Shown here piece after piece: positions 31,144-35,587 of a stretch of DNA of 35,587 nt. The notes under the pieces were generated by a model. The model made no database searches and was not told the origin of the DNA. It worked only from the letters and a program-made list of their open reading frames with translations. A program made the position numbers and the translations under genes. Position 1 is the stretch's first letter. Every line of letters begins with the position of its first letter. Source of the stretch: Patescibacteria group bacterium (GTDB lineage Bacteria; Patescibacteriota; Patescibacteriia; Patescibacteriales; UBA12075); contig JAYEHJ010000091.1 in the NCBI GenBank assembly GCA_034659435.1, positions 1 to 35,587 on the forward strand, given 5' to 3'.

Positions 31144-34089
31144 ATGCCAAATTCTAAAAATAATAATTTTATTAAAATTAAAGGCGCGCGCGTTCATAAT
31201 TTAAAAAATATTAATGTGGATATTCCGAGGAATAAATTTACGGTTATTACCGGACTTTCCGGCTCGGGAAAATCTTCACTTGCTTTTGACACGATTTACG
31301 CCGAAGGCCAAAGGCGATATGTTGAATCATTATCAGCCTACGCGCGGCAATTTGTCGGTCTTATGGACAAGCCTGATGTGGATTTAATTGAGGGACTCTC
31401 GCCGGCAATATCAATTGACCAAAAAACCGCGCCGCGCAATCCGCGCTCAACAGTCGGAACGGTTACGGAAATATATGACTATATGCGCCTTTTATACGCC
31501 CGTATCGGCATTCCGCACTGCCCTGATTGCGGCAATAAAATTCGTCCGTACACGGTTGATGAAATAGTTGAGCAAATCAATAAAAATTTTTTAGATCAAG
31601 AAACAATTATTCTCGCGCCAATTGTCAAAGATAAAAAAGGCGAGCATAAAAATATTCTTGACGGAATCGCCAAAGCCGGCTTTAGCCGCCTGCGTTTTGA
31701 CAAAGTCATTTACACTTTGGAAGAAATAGAAGATATGGAAGTTAACAAGCAAAAAAAACATACGGTTGAAATTATAATTGACCGCGTAAAAATCAAAAAA
31801 AATAAAGAAGACCAAGCGCGCCTAACAGAAGCGATTGAAAAAGCGCTTGATTTATCCAACGGACTTATCACGGTTTTACCAGCAATTCAACAATTTAACA
31901 ATGAAACAATAAAAAAGTCAAATAAAAATACAAAACGCGCCCCAAGGGCATTTCCCGCGGGGCGCCCTTTGGATAAAAAAACAAACGAAATCACTTATTC
32001 AAAATTATTCGCCTGCCCTGACTGCGGAATCAGCCTTGCTGAATTGGAGCCGCGCAGCTTTTCTTTTAATTCGCCGCACGGAGCCTGTGAAGAATGTTCG
32101 GGAATAGGAACTAAGCTGGAAATTGACCCGAAATTAATTGTTAATCCAAATTTAACAATCGCGCAGGGCGGAATCAAATCATGGATGCACGGAAGCGCCG
32201 GGCAAACATGGCTAATGCGTATTTTAGGAACCGTTGCCGTTAAAAACGGTTTTGATTTGAATACGCCAATCAAAGATTTAAGCAAAAAACAGCTTGACAT
32301 TGTCTTCTACGGCACCGGCGATAAAAATTACAATGTTGATTACGACAGCGATCGCTTTTCAGGAGAGCTAAACACCGGATTTGAAGGAGTAATTCCCAAT
32401 TTAGAAAAAAGATATAATCGCACCGAATCGGATTGGGTTAGAAAAGATATTGAACAATATATGCGCGTTTTAATATGCCCTAAATGCAAAGGCCAAAGGC
32501 TTAAAAAAGAAGTTTTAGCCGTAAAAATTCTTGGCCGTTCCATTCATGATGTCAGCATCAAAACAATCAATGAAGCAAAAAGATTTTTTTGCTCGCTTGA
32601 AACCGCGAAAGAGTTAAGCGCTCGCGATAAAAAAATAGCAAATCAAATAATTAAGGAAATCCGCACGCGGCTTGATTTTCTTCTTAATGTCGGCTTGAAT
32701 TATTTAACCCTGAACCGCGCCGCCAATACTCTTTCCGGCGGCGAAGCTCAGCGCATACGGCTGGCAAACCAAATCGGCACATCATTGGTAGGTGTTTTAT
32801 ACATTTTAGATGAACCGTCAATCGGCTTGCATCAAAGAGATAATAAAAAATTAATTTCCACTATTAAAAAATTAAGGGATATCGGTAATACAGTAATCGT
32901 GGTTGAGCATGACGAGGAAACCATGATGTCCGCTGATTGGATTATTGATGTCGGACCCGGCGCGGGCGCTAAAGGCGGAGAGATTATCGCGGCCGGAACC
33001 CCCGCGCGGATTAAAAAATCAGCCAAATCTTTAACAGGACAATATCTTGCCAATAAAAAATCAATTCCCACTCCAAGCAAATACCGCTTTGGCCTTAAAC
33101 AATCAATAAAAATCATCGGCGCGTCAGAACATAATTTAAAAAATATTGACGCAAAATTTCCTTTGGGAAAATTCATAGCCATTACCGGAGTATCAGGATC
33201 CGGCAAATCCACCCTTATGACTGATATTTTGGCAAAAGCCTTAAACAAAAAATTTTATCGCGCCAAAGCCGAAGCAGGCGCGCATAAACGAATTGAAGGG
33301 CTTGGCTTTATTAATAAAGTAATCAACATTGATCAATCGCCGATAGGACGCACTCCTCGTTCCAACCCCGCCACATATACCGGCGCATTCACTCCAATCC
33401 GCGACTTATTCGCGCAATTGCCGGAAGCGAAAATCCGCGGCTACAAAGCCGGGCGTTTTTCTTTTAATGTCGTTGGCGGCCGCTGCGAAGCCTGCTCCGG
33501 CGACGGCATGGTAAAAATTGAAATGCAATTTCTGCCGGATGTTTACGTGGAATGCGAAGTCTGCCGCGGGCAAAGATACAATAAAGAGGCTTTAGATATT
33601 TATTATAAAGAAAAAAATATTTCCGATGTTTTAAACATGACGATTGAAGAGGCAATGAAATTTTTTAAAAATATTCCGGCAATCCATATAAAAATGAAAA
33701 CCTTGCATGAAGTCGGCTTGGGCTATATAAAACTAGGGCAATCCGCAACCACTCTTTCCGGCGGAGAAGCCCAGCGCGTTAAGCTCGCAACGGAGCTTTC
33801 CCGCCGCGCGACAGGCAAAACTTTGTACATTTTGGACGAACCGACAACCGGCTTGCATTTTGAAGATATTAAAAAACTTTTAAGCGTCCTAAACAAATTG
33901 GTTGACAAAGGAAACACTGTTTTAATTATTGAGCATAATCTGGATGTAATTAAATCCGTTGACCATATCATTGACTTGGGTCCGGAAGGAGGCGGCAAAG
34001 GCGGAAAAATCGTAGCGCAGGGCACGCCTAGAGAAGTGGCAAAAACCAATACGCATACAGGGAAATTTTTGAAGAAAGTGTTGAAATAA
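31144..34089 (+). CDS. uvrA: excinuclease ABC subunit A
   Basis: 981 aa. Two ABC modules ([22 protein letters not shown]; LSGGEAQR twice) and zinc modules CPDCG...CEEC and CEAC...CEVC. Confidence 0.95.
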   Translation: MPNSKNNNFIKIKGARVHNLKNINVDIPRNKFTVITGLSGSGKSSLAFDTIYAEGQRRYVESLSAYARQFVGLMDKPDVDLIEGLSPAISIDQKTAPRNPRSTVGTVTEIYDYMRLLYARIGIPHCPDCGNKIRPYTVDEIVEQINKNFLDQETIILAPIVKDKKGEHKNILDGIAKAGFSRLRFDKVIYTLEEIEDMEVNKQKKHTVEIIIDRVKIKKNKEDQARLTEAIEKALDLSNGLITVLPAIQQFNNETIKKSNKNTKRAPRAFPAGRPLDKKTNEITYSKLFACPDCGISLAELEPRSFSFNSPHGACEECSGIGTKLEIDPKLIVNPNLTIAQGGIKSWMHGSAGQTWLMRILGTVAVKNGFDLNTPIKDLSKKQLDIVFYGTGDKNYNVDYDSDRFSGELNTGFEGVIPNLEKRYNRTESDWVRKDIEQYMRVLICPKCKGQRLKKEVLAVKILGRSIHDVSIKTINEAKRFFCSLETAKELSARDKKIANQIIKEIRTRLDFLLNVGLNYLTLNRAANTLSGGEAQRIRLANQIGTSLVGVLYILDEPSIGLHQRDNKKLISTIKKLRDIGNTVIVVEHDEETMMSADWIIDVGPGAGAKGGEIIAAGTPARIKKSAKSLTGQYLANKKSIPTPSKYRFGLKQSIKIIGASEHNLKNIDAKFPLGKFIAITGVSGSGKSTLMTDILAKALNKKFYRAKAEAGAHKRIEGLGFINKVINIDQSPIGRTPRSNPATYTGAFTPIRDLFAQLPEAKIRGYKAGRFSFNVVGGRCEACSGDGMVKIEMQFLPDVYVECEVCRGQRYNKEALDIYYKEKNISDVLNMTIEEAMKFFKNIPAIHIKMKTLHEVGLGYIKLGQSATTLSGGEAQRVKLATELSRRATGKTLYILDEPTTGLHFEDIKKLLSVLNKLVDKGNTVLIIEHNLDVIKSVDHIIDLGPEGGGKGGKIVAQGTPREVAKTNTHTGKFLKKVLK
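31940..31964. repeat. family C copy in-frame inside uvrA
   Basis: CCCCAAGGGCATTTCCCGCGGGGCG, translated as part of [14 protein letters not shown]. Confidence 0.8.
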
Positions 34090-34174
34090 TAATTTTATTA
34101 TAAACTTTCACCATTGCCAAAAAAGCAAAAAAGTTATAAAATTATAGTATTGATAATAAATAAAAATAATTCCC

Positions 34175-35542
34175 ATGAAAAAAATCGCGATTTGCCATTA
34201 TCGGGTCGGAGGAACCGATGGCGTGTCTTTGGAAATTGAAAAAAGAAAAAAAATCTTGGAAAAACACGGGCATAAAGTAAAATTAATTGCCGGCGGCAGA
34301 AGCAACGGCGCTGATTATACTATCAAGGAAATGGAATGGGACAACGGCATGATTCCCATTATTAAAGAAAACGGCTTTGTTCATTTTGGCCGCAATGATT
34401 TAAGCGCGCAAGAATTAAAAAGAAAAATGAATAAGGTTTCTTTGATGATTGAAGAAAGGCTTGAGGAAATCCAAAAAAAAGAAAAGTTTGATTTGTGCCT
34501 AGTGCATAACATTTTTTCTTTTGGCGGGCATATTGCGGCCGCCAAGGCATTCAGCAAATGGATAAACAGGCACAGGCTTCCAACGCTCGCGACTCATCAT
34601 GATTTTTTTTGGGAAAGAAAAGAATTTGAAATACCGATTAACGAATATTTGCGCAGCTATTTAAAAAAATTCATGCCGCCGAAATCCGCGTATATTAAGC
34701 ATGTTGTAATCAATTCTCTGGCGCGAAAAGAATTAAAAAGGCGAAACGATATAGAAGCATGCGTTATGCCGGATGTATTTGATTTTAAGAAAAAACCATG
34801 GGTAAAAGATAAATTTAACAGCGATTTTTTGCAAGAATTTGATATTAAAGAAAATGATTTAATAATACTCCAAGCCACAAGAGTAATACCCCGCAAAGGA
34901 ATTGAACTGGCTTTTGACTACGCGGCCGCGATGCAGAAAAAGATACAAAGCGCGCCTTGGCTGAAAACATTGCGCGGAAAAAAAATTTATAATAATAAAA
35001 GGCTGCCGATTAATCCGAGAATAACCTTGATACTGGCAGGATACGCTGAAGATGAAAAAAGAGACTATTTATTTAAATTAAAATCAAAAGCTTTTGACAG
35101 CCGGCTTAATGTCAAATTTATTTCAGGGCATGTAACGTCTTCCAGAAAATTCAGCAACGGCATAAAGACTTATTCGCTTTGGGATGCCTATGTTTACGCT
35201 GATATTATCAGCTTCCCAAGCGTTTGGGAAGGCTGGGGCAACCAATTTATTGAAGCGATTTTCGCGAAAAAACCTATTGTTATACACGAATATCCGGTTT
35301 ATGCGAAAGATATCAAGCAGGAAGGATATGAGATTATCTCTTTGGGAAATAACTCTGTAAAAAAAGATGAAAACGGCCTTTACACGCTTCCACAGGAAAA
35401 TATTGATAAAGCCGTGGAACAAACGCTTGAATGTCTCCATGATAAAAATTTGCAAAAAAAACTTGAGAAAAATTTTCAAATCGGAAAAAAATATCATGAT
35501 TATGAGGTTTTGGAGAGATTTTTGATTGATAATATTGGATAA
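34175..35542 (+). CDS. GT-B fold glycosyltransferase (GT4/group-1 like)
   Basis: 455 aa. N-terminal HYRVGGTDGVS. C-terminal EX7E-type motif FPSVWEGWGNQFIEAIFAKKPIV. Confidence 0.65.
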   Translation: MKKIAICHYRVGGTDGVSLEIEKRKKILEKHGHKVKLIAGGRSNGADYTIKEMEWDNGMIPIIKENGFVHFGRNDLSAQELKRKMNKVSLMIEERLEEIQKKEKFDLCLVHNIFSFGGHIAAAKAFSKWINRHRLPTLATHHDFFWERKEFEIPINEYLRSYLKKFMPPKSAYIKHVVINSLARKELKRRNDIEACVMPDVFDFKKKPWVKDKFNSDFLQEFDIKENDLIILQATRVIPRKGIELAFDYAAAMQKKIQSAPWLKTLRGKKIYNNKRLPINPRITLILAGYAEDEKRDYLFKLKSKAFDSRLNVKFISGHVTSSRKFSNGIKTYSLWDAYVYADIISFPSVWEGWGNQFIEAIFAKKPIVIHEYPVYAKDIKQEGYEIISLGNNSVKKDENGLYTLPQENIDKAVEQTLECLHDKNLQKKLEKNFQIGKKYHDYEVLERFLIDNIG

Positions 35543-35587
35543 AAATTTTAGAGAGGCCGAACCTCTACGATTTAACAGCTCCTTAAG

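Overview
This is an AT-rich, gene-dense bacterial chromosome segment. It uses the standard genetic code: TGA, TAA and TAG all end long conserved ORFs. The content is almost all housekeeping. On the + strand: a PLP decarboxylase and aminotransferase pair, polA, murD, murI, nusA, family-II pyrophosphatase (ppaC), trigger factor, uvrA and a GT4 glycosyltransferase. On the - strand: an RNA methyltransferase, a metallophosphoesterase, an amino-acid permease, a translin-family protein, a PilB/GspE ATPase, ftsH, rpsA, HU, RNase Y and a Pif1/RecD-like helicase. There are five tRNAs (Arg-TCT, His-GTG, Leu-TAA, Ala-TGC, Gly-GCC) and several secreted, membrane or small hypothetical proteins. A 4-domain S1, charged insertions in NusA, UvrA and PolA, and the secreted repeat proteins suggest a small-genome Patescibacteria/CPR-like organism. 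That assignment is inference only. I found no CRISPR array, integrase, transposase, reverse transcriptase or recognisable defence operon. The unusual part is a dense layer of miniature repeats. (1) A 25-nt hairpin element flanked by a TA duplication gives a net 27 nt, or 9 codons. It is caught as a filled versus empty site, and also sits in-frame in uvrA and at the 5' end of murD. (2) Dispersed arrays of 4-6 units with strict 7-nt periodicity come in three sequence flavours. One lies in-frame inside polA and nusA. One lies on the sense strand 0-15 nt upstream of four start codons that lack a Shine-Dalgarno. One lies directly after two stop codons. (3) A GGGACTGYCGCCGAATGCC palindromic MITE/REP-like family has one 187-bp copy, two 44-bp hairpins and several solo ends. 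One hairpin supplies the last 16 codons and the stop of the helicase gene. (4) A ~65-nt two-hairpin element occurs in a tRNA spacer and in a 5' UTR. (5) A perfect 12-bp hairpin is encoded inside murD. All functional readings of these repeats are inference and need genome-wide counting and ortholog comparison.
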